A stretch of 64,000 bases of DNA from Candidatus Cloacimonadales bacterium. GTDB taxonomy: Bacteria > Cloacimonadota > Cloacimonadia > Cloacimonadales > JAIOQZ01. The stretch covers positions 3,008,001-3,072,000 of the forward strand of contig CAXXTU010000002.1 of assembly GCA_963662655.2 (NCBI GenBank), in the 5' to 3' direction. How positions within the stretch are numbered: the stretch's first letter is position 1; each line of letters begins with the position of its first letter. Shown here in pieces: positions 1-10,979 of this stretch. Under the pieces are notes generated by a model. The model was given only the letters and a program-made list of their open reading frames with translations, made no database searches and had not been told where the DNA came from. The translations under genes and the position numbers were made by a program.

Positions 1-1
1 G

Positions 2-856
2 GACGAAACAGCGCTCGATCTGGCGTTTGAAGCGGCTCAGCTGGTTCTGAAAGATGCAGATCCTCAGAGTATCGATTTTCTGCTTCTTTGCACCCAGAGC
101 CCAGACTACTTCTTGCCTACGAGTGCATGTGTTCTGCACGAAAAACTCGGGCTGCGTTCGGATGCGGGTGCGCTTGATTTCAATCTCGGTTGCTCCGGCT
201 ATGTGTACGGACTCGCCTTGGCAAAAAGCCTGATCCATGCCAAAATGGCCTCGAAAGTGTTGTTGATCACTTCGGAGACATATTCCAAGCATATACATCC
301 CCAAGACATACCCAATCGAACAATATTTGGCGATGGTGCGGCGGCAACCCTGGTTGTCGATTCACCTGAACCGGGAATTCGGGAATTCGCCTTCGGTACC
401 GACGGCACGGGAAAGAACAACCTGATCGTTCCTGCGGGTGGATTTCGAAAACGATTCGATCCTGAAGCTCCTGCGGATTTTGATGACAACGGTGTATTAC
501 GGAGCGACAATCACCTGTACATGAACGGCCCCGAGATTTTCAACTTCACGATCAAAGCCGTTCCGATCGTCTTTGAACAAACGCTTACCAAAAACGGTCT
601 GGCGATCGAAGATATCGACTGGTTTGTGTTCCATCAGGCCAACAAGCACATGCTCAAATACTTACGCACAATTTGCAACATCCCGGAAGAAAAATTCATC
701 ATCGATATGGAAGAAACCGGAAACACTGTCTCTGCAACAATCCCAATAGCGCTTTCTCGAATGTATCGGGAGGGACAATTGAAAAAGGGGCAGAGAGCGA
801 TGATACTGGGATTCGGTGTCGGTTATTCCTGGGGTGGCGGCATAATAGATTTTTAA
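2..856 (+). CDS. fabH: 3-oxoacyl-ACP synthase III family protein, 5'-truncated by the window edge
   Basis: Frame is open from base 2 (DETALDLAFEAA...CTQSPDY). Motifs LGCSGY (catalytic Cys), FGDGAAA, FHQAN (His), TGNT (Asn) and GFGVGYSWG. Confidence 0.92.
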   Translation, partial: DETALDLAFEAAQLVLKDADPQSIDFLLLCTQSPDYFLPTSACVLHEKLGLRSDAGALDFNLGCSGYVYGLALAKSLIHAKMASKVLLITSETYSKHIHPQDIPNRTIFGDGAAATLVVDSPEPGIREFAFGTDGTGKNNLIVPAGGFRKRFDPEAPADFDDNGVLRSDNHLYMNGPEIFNFTIKAVPIVFEQTLTKNGLAIEDIDWFVFHQANKHMLKYLRTICNIPEEKFIIDMEETGNTVSATIPIALSRMYREGQLKKGQRAMILGFGVGYSWGGGIIDF

Positions 857-870
857 AATTTGGAGGAAAA

Positions 871-1107
871 ATGACGAAACAAGATTTTTTGAATGAATTT
901 ACTGAAGCGTTGGAACTGGATGAAGGCGATATCGATTTTTCTACTCCTCTCAGCGAAGTGGAAAACTATGATTCTTTTGCCATCATTTCCGTAATCGCAT
1001 TGATTCACAAGAATTTCGGCGTACAATTGAGCGGAGACGATCTCCAGAATATCGTTAGCGTCAACTCGCTGATCGAAAAAATCGGCGCAGAAAAATTCAA
1101 CGGATAA
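871..1107 (+). CDS. acyl carrier protein
   Basis: GGAGG RBS before ATG 871; 78 aa, acidic; YDSF phosphopantetheine-site motif; lies between fabH and an SDR. Confidence 0.88.
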   Translation: MTKQDFLNEFTEALELDEGDIDFSTPLSEVENYDSFAIISVIALIHKNFGVQLSGDDLQNIVSVNSLIEKIGAEKFNG

Positions 1108-1853
1108 TGGATCTGGCGAACAAGCGCATTCTGATCTCCGGAGCAACGGGGGGCCTGGGACGGGCTATTCTCGACCACGTCTACCAGATGGGAGCGTCAA
1201 TTACTCTCGTCGGCAGAAACCATGAGAAGATGAAAGACGCGACATCCGGCTACGACCCATCCCGGATCGAAATTTATCGATTGGAACTGGATGAATCAGC
1301 AGACATCGATCCCTTCGTACAGGAAATGAAATCAGGGAAGGTATTCTTTGATGGATTTGTCCATGCGGCGGGTATCGAATTGACGCAGCCAATGAGAAGA
1401 AACACCCGGGAGGATTTTCTCAAATTTTTCCGCATCAACTCGCTTTTCGCGTTCGACTTGATCGGACGCTTTCAAGCGAAGCGGCTGTGGCAAAAGGGTG
1501 GTTCGATTGTTATTATCTCCAGCATCATGGGGCTTCTTGGAGATCGCGGGAAAACCGTTTATTGCGCTTCAAAAGGCGGAATAGAGAGCTTTGTGAAAGC
1601 CGCAGCGCTCGAACTTGCTGAGGGTGGCGTCCGTATCAACTCAGTTTGTCCCGGATTGGTCAATACCCCCATGCTGGACAATATCTTCGTCGATCTTCCG
1701 GAAGACATGCGCCAGAACCTGATCGCCGGCTATCCACTTGGATTGGGGAAGCCAGAAGATATCGCTAATCTTTGCGGTTTCTTGCTGAGCGACAAGGCTC
1801 GGTGGATAACGGGAACGTCTGTCGTGATCGATGGCGGGTTCTCGTGTAAATAG
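1107..1853 (+). CDS. SDR family oxidoreductase (FabG-like)
   Basis: SGATGGLG NAD(P)-binding motif, YCASK catalytic motif, RINSVCPG and ITG...IDGG. Confidence 0.9.
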   Translation: MDLANKRILISGATGGLGRAILDHVYQMGASITLVGRNHEKMKDATSGYDPSRIEIYRLELDESADIDPFVQEMKSGKVFFDGFVHAAGIELTQPMRRNTREDFLKFFRINSLFAFDLIGRFQAKRLWQKGGSIVIISSIMGLLGDRGKTVYCASKGGIESFVKAAALELAEGGVRINSVCPGLVNTPMLDNIFVDLPEDMRQNLIAGYPLGLGKPEDIANLCGFLLSDKARWITGTSVVIDGGFSCK

Positions 1854-1871
1854 CATCAAGGCATCAGCATT

Positions 1872-2351
1872 ATGAGACTATTCCATAAATTGAAAATTCG
1901 TTTGTACCAACTACTTGCGCTCTATATCCCCGGGGCAAGATCGACCCGTGTGTGGCTGCATCGTTCCAGGGGGGTAAAAATCGGAAAAGGCGTTTTCATT
2001 GGAACGGATGTCATCTTGGAAACAGAGCACCCTGAAAGCATCGAAATCGGGGAGGGTACTGCGATTTCGATGCGCGTAACCGTCATCGCTCATTTCTTTT
2101 ATCGCTCGGTGCGACCGGGCCGGGTAATCATCGGCAAGAAGGCATATATCGGTCCCGGCTCCATAGTAATGCCGGGGATAACGATTGGCGATGGCGCTGT
2201 CGTCGGCCCGGGGAGCGTTGTATCAAAGAGCGTCAAGCCTTATACCATCGTGCAGGGAAATCCGGCGAAACCGATAGCGAAATGCCGGAAATCCATGGTC
2301 GATGCCGATAATTTCTACGATTTTCTCGCCAACACGGAAAAAATCAATTGA
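1872..2351 (+). CDS. hexapeptide-repeat (left-handed beta-helix) acyltransferase
   Basis: Repeats VKIGKGVFIG, IEIGEGTAIS, IIGKKAYIG and ITIGDGAVVG; GNPAKPI motif. Confidence 0.88.
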   Translation: MRLFHKLKIRLYQLLALYIPGARSTRVWLHRSRGVKIGKGVFIGTDVILETEHPESIEIGEGTAISMRVTVIAHFFYRSVRPGRVIIGKKAYIGPGSIVMPGITIGDGAVVGPGSVVSKSVKPYTIVQGNPAKPIAKCRKSMVDADNFYDFLANTEKIN

Positions 2352-3943
2352 TGAGAAAAATATGCATTCGCCCGGATGTTATCAAGACAAACCAAGACAA
2401 GCTGCTGTCGATACTTTCACGTCTCTTTGTCTGTGAAGCAAAAACGACTTCGGATGGTGATTGCGACCTGTTGATTCTCTCTGGAGAAATATCCGGCAAA
2501 GACCTTGCGCAGGGCAACATTGTTCTACATCAGGGGAGCGAAGTCGGTGAGATAAGCGGAAGCCTTAGATTTAGAAAGGGAACTCCCCTTCAGGAGCATC
2601 TTCAGGGAGAAGATATTCTCGACTCCATTTCACCTTCCGGCTGGCTGAAAGACATCCCCGGAACCGTATGTGCAGAGGTTGACGGTCATCCTGTATGGGT
2701 GCGGACCACACTCGACGGGAAAATCGTCGATCATATCGTGTGGAACAACGGCGACCTCGACAACCTGTTCAACGCAGTTGTACACAGAAAAGAGATATCG
2801 TTCTTGCTCTTGTACCTCTGTTGTCGGCTTCATCTCTATCCCGATTGGGAAAGCACGCAGTCTGCAAGTATTATCATCGACGATCCTTATCTTGTAACGA
2901 CACGTTACGGAGCTTTCAATTATAAATCTGTGGCCAAGCAATGCAGGGAAAATCGTTTTCATTTTTCGATAGCCACTGTTCCTTTGGACCTTGGGCTCGC
3001 CAGTGCGAAAGACACTAAATTCCTCAGGCAACACGCGGACTGCTTTTCTGCCGTAATACATGGGAACGACCATATTCTTCGCGAACTCGATACCAGGGAT
3101 ACACAGCAGGCCAGCCGCGTTATAGGAACGGCCTTGCACCGGGTACGTAGTTTCTCGAGGAAGCGGAACTACCCAATCGGCGAAATCTTCGTTCCGCCTC
3201 ACCACAGCTTCTCCGCTGAAGTTGCAGAGCAAATCTTTTTGCACAAGGGATCGGGAATCTGTAGTGGGCACATATACCCTTGGTCAAAGAACAAAAACGA
3301 TTTGTTCGAATCCAATGATCCGCTTCATGGTTGGTGGCCGGTTATCCATGTGAGGAACTGCCCGGTCATAAAAAGATTCAACTGGGCGGGTGTTTCGAGC
3401 CATGCCCTTCTGTCAAGCCTGATTGGGCATCCCATTATTCTTTTCTGTCATCACAACAGTTTTCTCGAGAAGGATTTTTTCCCTGATTTCTTCGATAAAC
3501 TGAACAGGGCAATGCCTCTTAAATGGCGCTCTCTTCCCGATATTTTAAAATCGAGTTATCGATTTCTATCTCAGCCGGATGGAAAACATGTTCTTCAGGT
3601 CGACGGCCCCCGGGCCGATGTCACGGTGCCATCGGATTACTGTAATATTGTTATCCAGTTCCCGACGATTGATACATCTCAGGGGAATCTGCCGAACTTG
3701 GTTATTGGCGAAATGGTTTATTCCGCCGATCCTTCGAGCATTTATGGACTGACTTACAGCATTGATCGCCTTCCGGCGGGAAGTTCGACACTCGCTTTGA
3801 AATGGTCGAATATTGCCTGGATGGAAGCTGTCTCTCATCCTACCAGGTTTTCTGCACGGTTAAGAAGATTCGCCGTCTTGATTCGCGACTACCTGAAATT
3901 ACCTTCAAATCAATTTCTTCCGAAATTCTTGCGGCGGAGGTAA
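2351..3943 (+). CDS. hypothetical protein with a putative polysaccharide deacetylase-like (NodB/DUF2334-like) central domain
   Basis: About 530-aa ORF coupled to the upstream gene by TGATG. IIIDDP, IHGNDH, FVPPHH and LFCHH resemble the metal-binding motifs of CE4-like beta/alpha barrels. Confidence 0.55.
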   Translation: MRKICIRPDVIKTNQDKLLSILSRLFVCEAKTTSDGDCDLLILSGEISGKDLAQGNIVLHQGSEVGEISGSLRFRKGTPLQEHLQGEDILDSISPSGWLKDIPGTVCAEVDGHPVWVRTTLDGKIVDHIVWNNGDLDNLFNAVVHRKEISFLLLYLCCRLHLYPDWESTQSASIIIDDPYLVTTRYGAFNYKSVAKQCRENRFHFSIATVPLDLGLASAKDTKFLRQHADCFSAVIHGNDHILRELDTRDTQQASRVIGTALHRVRSFSRKRNYPIGEIFVPPHHSFSAEVAEQIFLHKGSGICSGHIYPWSKNKNDLFESNDPLHGWWPVIHVRNCPVIKRFNWAGVSSHALLSSLIGHPIILFCHHNSFLEKDFFPDFFDKLNRAMPLKWRSLPDILKSSYRFLSQPDGKHVLQVDGPRADVTVPSDYCNIVIQFPTIDTSQGNLPNLVIGEMVYSADPSSIYGLTYSIDRLPAGSSTLALKWSNIAWMEAVSHPTRFSARLRRFAVLIRDYLKLPSNQFLPKFLRRR

Positions 3944-4233
3944 TGCGATTTCCGCTTTTCGCCGGCACATGTGTAGGATTGACCAAGCAGATAAAATGGG
4001 TAACATAGCCTCCGATATCATGTCATGAAAGGCCAGCCAACACTTCATGCGTAGATTAAGTATTTTGAATGCGAAGCATGGGGCGATTTTGACGAGAGGT
4101 TTTTTGCTTCATACGTATTAAGTATTCGCAATGCGTGATAGCGCAGAGGAATTTTATAAGATTGCAAAGCGATGAAGGATGGTGGATTTGGCAATCCACG
4201 GGAGAGTAAAAGAACATTGCTAAGAAAAAAAAA

Positions 4234-4261
4234 TTGACAAGGATAATCAGTGTGATAAATT
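4234..4261 (+). promoter_or_regulatory. putative sigma-70 promoter of the surface-protein gene
   Basis: TTGACA (4234-4239), 16-bp spacer, extended -10 TGaTAAATT; A-tract upstream. Confidence 0.6.
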
Positions 4262-4390
4262 CATGCTGAGTAAGTTCGGAAAGATACGTACCGTCCAGAG
4301 TGTCGGTAAAATAAGGACTTACGGCATCAGGTACTTCTAGCCTGAGTAATATTGAGAATGAAAATAAAAAAGATAGATACTGGAGGAAGT

Positions 4391-7300
4391 ATGAAAAAGT
4401 TATCTTTACTTGTTGCTTTTACCTTACTTTCGATTGGGTGGGTTTTTGCACAATCGCTAGCACTTAACTACATCACAATGCACGGCTCTGAAGGCGTGAC
4501 GGACGACGTGTTCTCTGCCGGAGAGACTGTTACGGTTCGAGCCAGATACGATGCCAACACAATGCAGCAAATTTACGGCGTTTATCGCTCTGCCGGCACA
4601 ACCGACATTGGAGAAATCTATGTGATGTGGTACGCAGGAGATCCACCATCTGGTGACTATGCCGGCGTAAGCACCGCTTCTATTTCGGGTTTCACTTATA
4701 ATGGTACAAGTTATGATGGATATTGTGATTTCACCTTCACCCTGCCAACTCCCACATCTGGCGCATCAACATTCCAGTTGGGATTCGGCATTTACGGTGA
4801 AAGCGCCGGGATTCGCGCACAGATTTCTTCCGATCGTCGCACCAGCTACGTAGCAACTACCACCGGGACACTAGCTTGCCCTGGCGACGATAGTGACGGC
4901 ACCGGTATCATCTCCCCCGAATGGGAAACATACGGTACCCTCGACGACGAAACCGAAAACCCGACACTTACAGAGCCGGACAATGGCGACAGAGACAACC
5001 AGTCGGTCTATATTGCCTTCAATCTTCCGGAAAGCGCAACAAACAACACTGTCAAGCTGTACATCGACAACGACACCAACCACACGAACGGTTATTTCAA
5101 TGAGTTGACACTGCTCAACACTTATACACCGTCCGGTAATCATGATTTCTATATCAACGGCGCCGATCTGGACGACGATCCTGCATACGGCGATGCCACC
5201 GATGATGTTCAACCCGGTGGTGTTTCGACTCCCGGTAATAATTCCCTGGTAAACGGGACGACTTACTATATGGCTATCGGCTATCGCGACGATACCGGCA
5301 ATACCGAAGCCAAGAGCGCTTGGGCGGAGTTTACATACGATACAACAATCGTCAATGTCTCCAGCGTGATCGCGACAGATCTCGATCTGGACGAAGTGCA
5401 ATTGTCGTACTATCTGCCGGAATGCTCGCAGGATTGGAAAGTGACGTTCTGCTTTGATACCGATACAAACTACGGCAACGGCTATACATCCGAAATCGTG
5501 TTGGGTGACGAGACACACGTTGGCGATGCCGGTACCCGCACCGTCTATTTTAACGGTAACGAGCTTTCGACTACCGATTATTATCTCAGTCACTCAGGCG
5601 CGGAAGCAGGATCGCTTACCAGCGGTACCCAGTACTACGTTGGTGTTCAATACACCGACTGTGCGGGAAATACCTCCTCCATTACATACTCGGGTGTGTT
5701 CACATACCTTTACGATACCCAAACAGACCAAGCCATCAATATCGATGCCGATATCGAAGCGAACGCTTCTGAAGGTCCGGTTCTCGATGTCGATTACGAG
5801 CTTGAAGAAGATGGCCTTGCCAACAGCGTCTATATACTTATTGATAACGATATCAACCACGGAACCAACGGTGAGGAAACCACCACCGACGTGCTTTATA
5901 TCATCCAGGTCAGCGGTAATTACACGACAGGCACACACAACTTCAATCTGTCGGTACCATTCGTGACGAATGATGCCGGTGGCGACGGAGACCAGGTGGT
6001 TGCGATTTCAACGCTGGCGTCTTCACCATATGACCTTACCGATGGAGCTACTTATTACATGTCGGTTCGTTACACCGACGAAACCGAGAACCCTGCCGTA
6101 ACTACAGAGCCCTGGGTGTCCTTCACTTGGGACGGCGTGACCGAAACACCATCCTGGGATGGGTCTCAGCCAACCTCCGACAACAGAGCATTCTCATTCG
6201 TCTATGAGCTCCCCGAAGACGGTGAAGCAAATTCGGTTCGTGTCCAGATCGATAACAACTCCGATCACGGAACACTCTGGGCAACCCTGAATATTACGGG
6301 ACATTACGGATACAATAGCAACAGCTTCATCGTGGATGCTGATCAGCTCAATGACGGATCAATGTATTCCGACGGAACGGACGATGTCTCCAATACGCCG
6401 TCGCAGTCTGCCTTGCCACAAAGTTCGAATTATTACTACCGCATCGGTTACCAGGATCAATGGGGCAATGCTTACGCATACTCAGACTGGACGCAGATAC
6501 GCTACGACAGTATAACGCAATCTCCGACACTTGACCTGCCGGCTGCAAGCACAACCTTCACCAATGGCTTCACATTGCAATACGATTTACCGGAAAATGC
6601 TTATGAGGGCTCATTGTATGTGATGTTTACCAGAACCGAAGGAACCAATGACGCAGGCTCACCGCATAAGCTCGAGCTTGTCAGCGAGACGGCCGGAACC
6701 AATATCCAGCTTACAAATCTGGACCCAACTGATCTCACAGCACACGCAGGTATTGTAGCCCCAGCGCTCACTGGCTCTGGAATATTGGTCGATGGTACGA
6801 CCTACACAATTACGATCGGCTATCAGGACTTGCTTCTCAATACGGCCGCAACGGATTCGCACACTGGATGCGAATATTCAAGTGGCGCTGCTGTGCTCGA
6901 GGTGACGGGACACCCAATTGCCGATATTCCTCTCGAAGGGCCCAGCAACAACAATCAGCTGATCTACGCATTTGATTTGAATACAACCTCGGGTTCAGCG
7001 GACTTCACGGGAGTAACGTTCTCGCGTTCCGGATCTGCAGATGTCGCTGACTTCACAGCCAATAGCTTCAAAATCTGGCTCGATGATGGCGATGATGTCT
7101 TTGAACCTGCTCAAGATGACGATATGAGTACTGGAGCTGATTACTCTGATTGGCCAGGCGTAGCTTTTGGATCGCTCGCGTTTACAGGAACAACACCAGT
7201 TTCAATTGACGCAACTGGAGAGACCTTCTTCATCACTTGCGATCAAAGCGCTACATCGAACAAGCTGAGAACAATTCGTCTTGCAATTAGTTCTGCCGGT

Positions 7301-8464
7301 TCAATTTCTACACTCGCCGACGATACGACGGGTAGTTTCCCGATCTATGGATATACACATAATCTTGATGGATATGTAATCGTTGAAGTTGATGAATCTT
7401 TCTTCGGATATTACACGGATACGATCCAGAATGCTCCATTGTTCAAATTCTCGCTACAGACAAATCAGGCTTCAACCACTGTAAGCCAGATTATCATAAA
7501 CCTGTCAGGAACTGGTGCAGAGGCAACAAGCTTCGCCGGCTCAACCCCGATGAAAATCTGGAGTTCTGCGGATGAAACCTTCAGTGCGTCTACGGACACA
7601 CAAGTTCATGCTGCGGTCGGCTACAATGATGCGTTAACGTTCAACTGGAGTTCTGGTGCATATCTTGATGTCGATGAAGCTGAAACCTGGTATTTCATCA
7701 CTGGCGATCTTGCAGCAGCTGCTCAAGGCTTGTTGCTTGTCGGTACGATGAACGACGAGGGTATTACATCGGCCTATGGCATCGAGACGGACGGAAGCGG
7801 TAACGAAGACTGGGAGAACAACTCCGCAACATCAACCTTGCCTGTTGAACTCTCCGCTTTCAATATCACGAATTCAGGACGCTTGGTCAAAATCGCTTGG
7901 ACGACAGAATCTGAATCCGATAACATGGGATTCAACATCTACCGTGGCCTCACTTCTGAGTCCATGGCGGAAGAGAGCGTCATTCAGCTGAACGATCAAA
8001 TTATCCTGGGTGCAGGTACAAGTTCGGAACCTACCGACTACACATTCCAGGACGACTTCCGTATCGAATACGGTGTAACCTACTACTACTGGCTCGAGAC
8101 GATTGACATGGGTAACATCTCTTCGTTGTTCGGACCAATCACATTTATCCCGGCGGACGATAGCGGTTCGGACGCTCCGATCGAACAGGCTTACGGATTA
8201 CAATCCAACTATCCTAACCCGTTCAATCCGAACACGAAAATCGAATTCTGCCTGGAGAAGGTTGAGTATACAACACTCGATGTCTACAACGTTCGCGGAC
8301 AGCATGTGAAGAACCTTTTCAAGGGCATGCCGAAAGCAAACGGCGAATCCGTTAATTGGGATGGCAGGGACGAGTCCGGTAAAGAAACCGGTTCGGGTGT
8401 CTACTTCTACCGCCTCCAATACGGTGGCAAATCCGAAATGAAGAAAATGATTCTTCTGCGCTAA
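4391..8464 (+). CDS. large secreted acidic multi-Ig-repeat protein with a FlgD-Ig/T9SS-type CTD (1357 aa)
   Basis: GGAGG RBS and ATG 4391; signal peptide MKKLSLL...VFA/Q; five internal repeats; TLPVELSAF domain; NYPNPFNP...GVYFYRL...KKMILLR C-terminus. Confidence 0.88.
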   Translation: MKKLSLLVAFTLLSIGWVFAQSLALNYITMHGSEGVTDDVFSAGETVTVRARYDANTMQQIYGVYRSAGTTDIGEIYVMWYAGDPPSGDYAGVSTASISGFTYNGTSYDGYCDFTFTLPTPTSGASTFQLGFGIYGESAGIRAQISSDRRTSYVATTTGTLACPGDDSDGTGIISPEWETYGTLDDETENPTLTEPDNGDRDNQSVYIAFNLPESATNNTVKLYIDNDTNHTNGYFNELTLLNTYTPSGNHDFYINGADLDDDPAYGDATDDVQPGGVSTPGNNSLVNGTTYYMAIGYRDDTGNTEAKSAWAEFTYDTTIVNVSSVIATDLDLDEVQLSYYLPECSQDWKVTFCFDTDTNYGNGYTSEIVLGDETHVGDAGTRTVYFNGNELSTTDYYLSHSGAEAGSLTSGTQYYVGVQYTDCAGNTSSITYSGVFTYLYDTQTDQAINIDADIEANASEGPVLDVDYELEEDGLANSVYILIDNDINHGTNGEETTTDVLYIIQVSGNYTTGTHNFNLSVPFVTNDAGGDGDQVVAISTLASSPYDLTDGATYYMSVRYTDETENPAVTTEPWVSFTWDGVTETPSWDGSQPTSDNRAFSFVYELPEDGEANSVRVQIDNNSDHGTLWATLNITGHYGYNSNSFIVDADQLNDGSMYSDGTDDVSNTPSQSALPQSSNYYYRIGYQDQWGNAYAYSDWTQIRYDSITQSPTLDLPAASTTFTNGFTLQYDLPENAYEGSLYVMFTRTEGTNDAGSPHKLELVSETAGTNIQLTNLDPTDLTAHAGIVAPALTGSGILVDGTTYTITIGYQDLLLNTAATDSHTGCEYSSGAAVLEVTGHPIADIPLEGPSNNNQLIYAFDLNTTSGSADFTGVTFSRSGSADVADFTANSFKIWLDDGDDVFEPAQDDDMSTGADYSDWPGVAFGSLAFTGTTPVSIDATGETFFITCDQSATSNKLRTIRLAISSAGSISTLADDTTGSFPIYGYTHNLDGYVIVEVDESFFGYYTDTIQNAPLFKFSLQTNQASTTVSQIIINLSGTGAEATSFAGSTPMKIWSSADETFSASTDTQVHAAVGYNDALTFNWSSGAYLDVDEAETWYFITGDLAAAAQGLLLVGTMNDEGITSAYGIETDGSGNEDWENNSATSTLPVELSAFNITNSGRLVKIAWTTESESDNMGFNIYRGLTSESMAEESVIQLNDQIILGAGTSSEPTDYTFQDDFRIEYGVTYYYWLETIDMGNISSLFGPITFIPADDSGSDAPIEQAYGLQSNYPNPFNPNTKIEFCLEKVEYTTLDVYNVRGQHVKNLFKGMPKANGESVNWDGRDESGKETGSGVYFYRLQYGGKSEMKKMILLR

Positions 8465-8484
8465 CGAAGAATCGAAATAGATTG

Positions 8485-8516
8485 CAAAGACCGGTGTATT
8501 GCCGGTCTTTGTCTTT
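8485..8516 (+). terminator. intrinsic terminator
   Basis: CAAAGACCGG-tgtattg-CCGGTCTTTG followed by tcttt, just after the stop codon. Confidence 0.7.
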
Positions 8517-8635
8517 ATGCGCTAGATAAATCGCTGCCGGATAGAAAATTGGTTGACATGGTATTGACGGCCAAGATTATTGGCCCCTGAATATTCTAAG
8601 ATTTAAAAAAGTGCTGAGAAATAGAAGGAGTAACA

Positions 8636-8848
8636 ATGAAACAGGACATTCATCCAAAATATGAAACCGTTACCGTGAAATGTGTATGCGGAAACGTCTT
8701 TGAAACAAAATCAACCCGTAAAGACCTTACCGTTGATATTTGTTCGGAATGTCATCCGTTCTATACTGGAAAGCAGAAACTCATGGATACTGCTGGTCGT
8801 GTCGAGAAATTCCAGAAGAAATACGGTAATCTTAAAAGCGATAAATAG
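8636..8848 (+). CDS. rpmE: 50S ribosomal protein L31 (Zn-binding, C+ type)
   Basis: MKQDIHPKY...CVCG...[12 protein letters not shown]...AGRVEKF. Confidence 0.98.
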   Translation: MKQDIHPKYETVTVKCVCGNVFETKSTRKDLTVDICSECHPFYTGKQKLMDTAGRVEKFQKKYGNLKSDK

Positions 8849-8865
8849 CTGCTTGATTTTATTAG

Positions 8866-8902
8866 CGCCACTGCCAGATCTGGAAGTGGCGTTTTTTGTT
8901 TT
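8866..8902 (+). terminator. intrinsic terminator after rpmE
   Basis: GCGCCACT-GCCAGATCTGGA-AGTGGCGT followed by a T-run. Confidence 0.75.
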
Positions 8903-8949
8903 TCGATGGAACGATTATAGCTTATACAAGATAGTAAACAGGATTGGAC

Positions 8950-9921
8950 ATGAAGAATAAAAAGGAAATCGCAGTAGGCGGACAGGCCGTTATCGAGGGC
9001 GTAATGATGCGCGGTCCGGATTATATCGCTACCGCTGTTCGCAGAGAGGACAAGACGATCGAGCTCTCGCGCGAGAAATTCGCTTCGAGAACAAAATCGC
9101 ATCCCTTTTTCAAACGACCGGTCATCCGGGGATTCGTGTCTCTCATCGAGATGATGATCATCGGGTATAAGTCGCTGGCTTTTTCAGCAAATCGCTGGGA
9201 GCTGGACAACGAAGAAGAGGGCGTAAAGGTCAAGTCGGAAGGCCGCAAGAAGTTAGAAGAGTTCTTCAGCTTTGCCTTCGCGATTGCTCTGGCTTTGTTG
9301 CTGTTCGGCTTTATACCTTACTTCATAAGCTTCCTGCTGAAGCTGGGAAAGGAAAACCTTTATTTCAATCTTGTCGCGGGTATTATCCGGGTGATATTTT
9401 TCGTTGCCTATGTATGGATCATCAGCTTCCTGAAGGATGTTGGACGCTTGTTTGAATACCATGGAGCGGAACACAAATCGGTGTTTGCCTACGAGAACAA
9501 CGACAGCCTGGAGCCCAAGGACATCCAGAAATACACCACGCTGCACCCAAGATGCGGTACCAGCTTTATCTTCTTTGTGCTGCTGATCTCGATTCTCGTG
9601 TTTACACTCGTCGATTTCGCGGTGGCGAGCTTTCTCGGCTACCTGCCGGCCTTTGCGATTCGCTGGCTTTATCACCTTCTTCTAATACCTTTCATCTCCG
9701 GAATTTCGTATGAGATTCTCAAGATGTCGGGTAAGAAACAGGATAATTTCTTCGTGAAGATCATGATTGCCCCCGGACTCGCCTTGCAGCGCATCACCAC
9801 CAGGCAACCGGACGACGAGCAAGTGGAAGTTGCCGTTTGCGCCATGAAGGCCGCACTCGAAATGGATTTACCTGAAAATACAAAGATTACATGGATTAAC
9901 GATGATAGGAAACATACCTGA
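8950..9921 (+). CDS. DUF1385 domain membrane protein
   Basis: [28 protein letters not shown] and LQRITT.QPDD motifs; typical position between rpmE and prfA. Confidence 0.92.
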   Translation: MKNKKEIAVGGQAVIEGVMMRGPDYIATAVRREDKTIELSREKFASRTKSHPFFKRPVIRGFVSLIEMMIIGYKSLAFSANRWELDNEEEGVKVKSEGRKKLEEFFSFAFAIALALLLFGFIPYFISFLLKLGKENLYFNLVAGIIRVIFFVAYVWIISFLKDVGRLFEYHGAEHKSVFAYENNDSLEPKDIQKYTTLHPRCGTSFIFFVLLISILVFTLVDFAVASFLGYLPAFAIRWLYHLLLIPFISGISYEILKMSGKKQDNFFVKIMIAPGLALQRITTRQPDDEQVEVAVCAMKAALEMDLPENTKITWINDDRKHT

Positions 9922-10978
9922 AGATAAGATAAACGAACTCATTCAAGAGCACGAGACGCTGAGAAATCGCATCATCGATCCGGCGGAAATGGCAGATCAG
10001 CGAAGCTACAGCAAGCTTGGCAGGAGAATGAAAGAACTGGATAAACTGGTGAACTGCTGGTACGATCTGAAGAAGACACACCAGTCGATTCAGGATAACC
10101 TCGAGATGATCCAGCAGGCGGATGAACCCGAGCTCAAGGAAATGGCCGAAGAAGAAAACGTGGAGCTTAAGGAAGAGCTCGAACGCAAGTTCGAGGAGCT
10201 CAAAGAACTGATGATGCCAAAGGATCCGAACGACGACAAAGACGCCATCGTGGAAATCCGGGCCGGAACTGGCGGTGACGAAGCCGCCCTCTTCGCGGCG
10301 GATTTGTTCCGCATGTACCAGTACTTCGCCGAGCGTAAAGGCTGGAAGATGCAAACGCTGAGCGCCAATGCGACCGAGATCGGGGGATTCAAAGAGGTCT
10401 CGTTCTCGCTTTCCGGCGAGTACGTGTATGGAACCATGCGTTTTGAAAGCGGCGTGCACCGCGTTCAACGAATTCCGCAGACTGAATCCAGCGGAAGGAT
10501 CCACACATCGGCGGTATCGGTTGCGGTGTTGCCAGAGGCGGACGATGTCGATATCGATATTGAGGACAAGGATCTCCGCATCGACGTATATCGCTCTTCG
10601 GGTCACGGTGGACAGAGTGTGAATACAACAGACTCCGCAGTACGTATTACGCACATCCCCAGCGGACTCGTGGTGACGTGCCAGGATGAGAAGTCACAGC
10701 TCAAGAACAAGACGAAAGCGCTCAAGGTGCTTCGCGCAAGGCTTCTCGACCTGGAGATTTCACGCCAGGAAGCACAGATTGCCAGCCAGAGAAAGGCACA
10801 GGTGGGAACCGGCGATCGCAGCGGAAAGATACGCACGTACAATTTCCCGCAGTCCCGCGTTACCGACCATAGAATAAATTTGACATCCTATCGGATGAAC
10901 GCCATTCTTGTTGGCGAAATCGATGAATTTACAGAGGCACTAAGATTAGCATACAACAACGAGAAGATTAATAACTAA
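9902..10978 (+). CDS. prfA: peptide chain release factor 1
   Basis: [23 protein letters not shown] (PxT motif = RF1), [13 protein letters not shown] and IRTYNFPQ. Confidence 0.97.
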   Translation: MIGNIPEDKINELIQEHETLRNRIIDPAEMADQRSYSKLGRRMKELDKLVNCWYDLKKTHQSIQDNLEMIQQADEPELKEMAEEENVELKEELERKFEELKELMMPKDPNDDKDAIVEIRAGTGGDEAALFAADLFRMYQYFAERKGWKMQTLSANATEIGGFKEVSFSLSGEYVYGTMRFESGVHRVQRIPQTESSGRIHTSAVSVAVLPEADDVDIDIEDKDLRIDVYRSSGHGGQSVNTTDSAVRITHIPSGLVVTCQDEKSQLKNKTKALKVLRARLLDLEISRQEAQIASQRKAQVGTGDRSGKIRTYNFPQSRVTDHRINLTSYRMNAILVGEIDEFTEALRLAYNNEKINN

Positions 10979-10979
10979 A

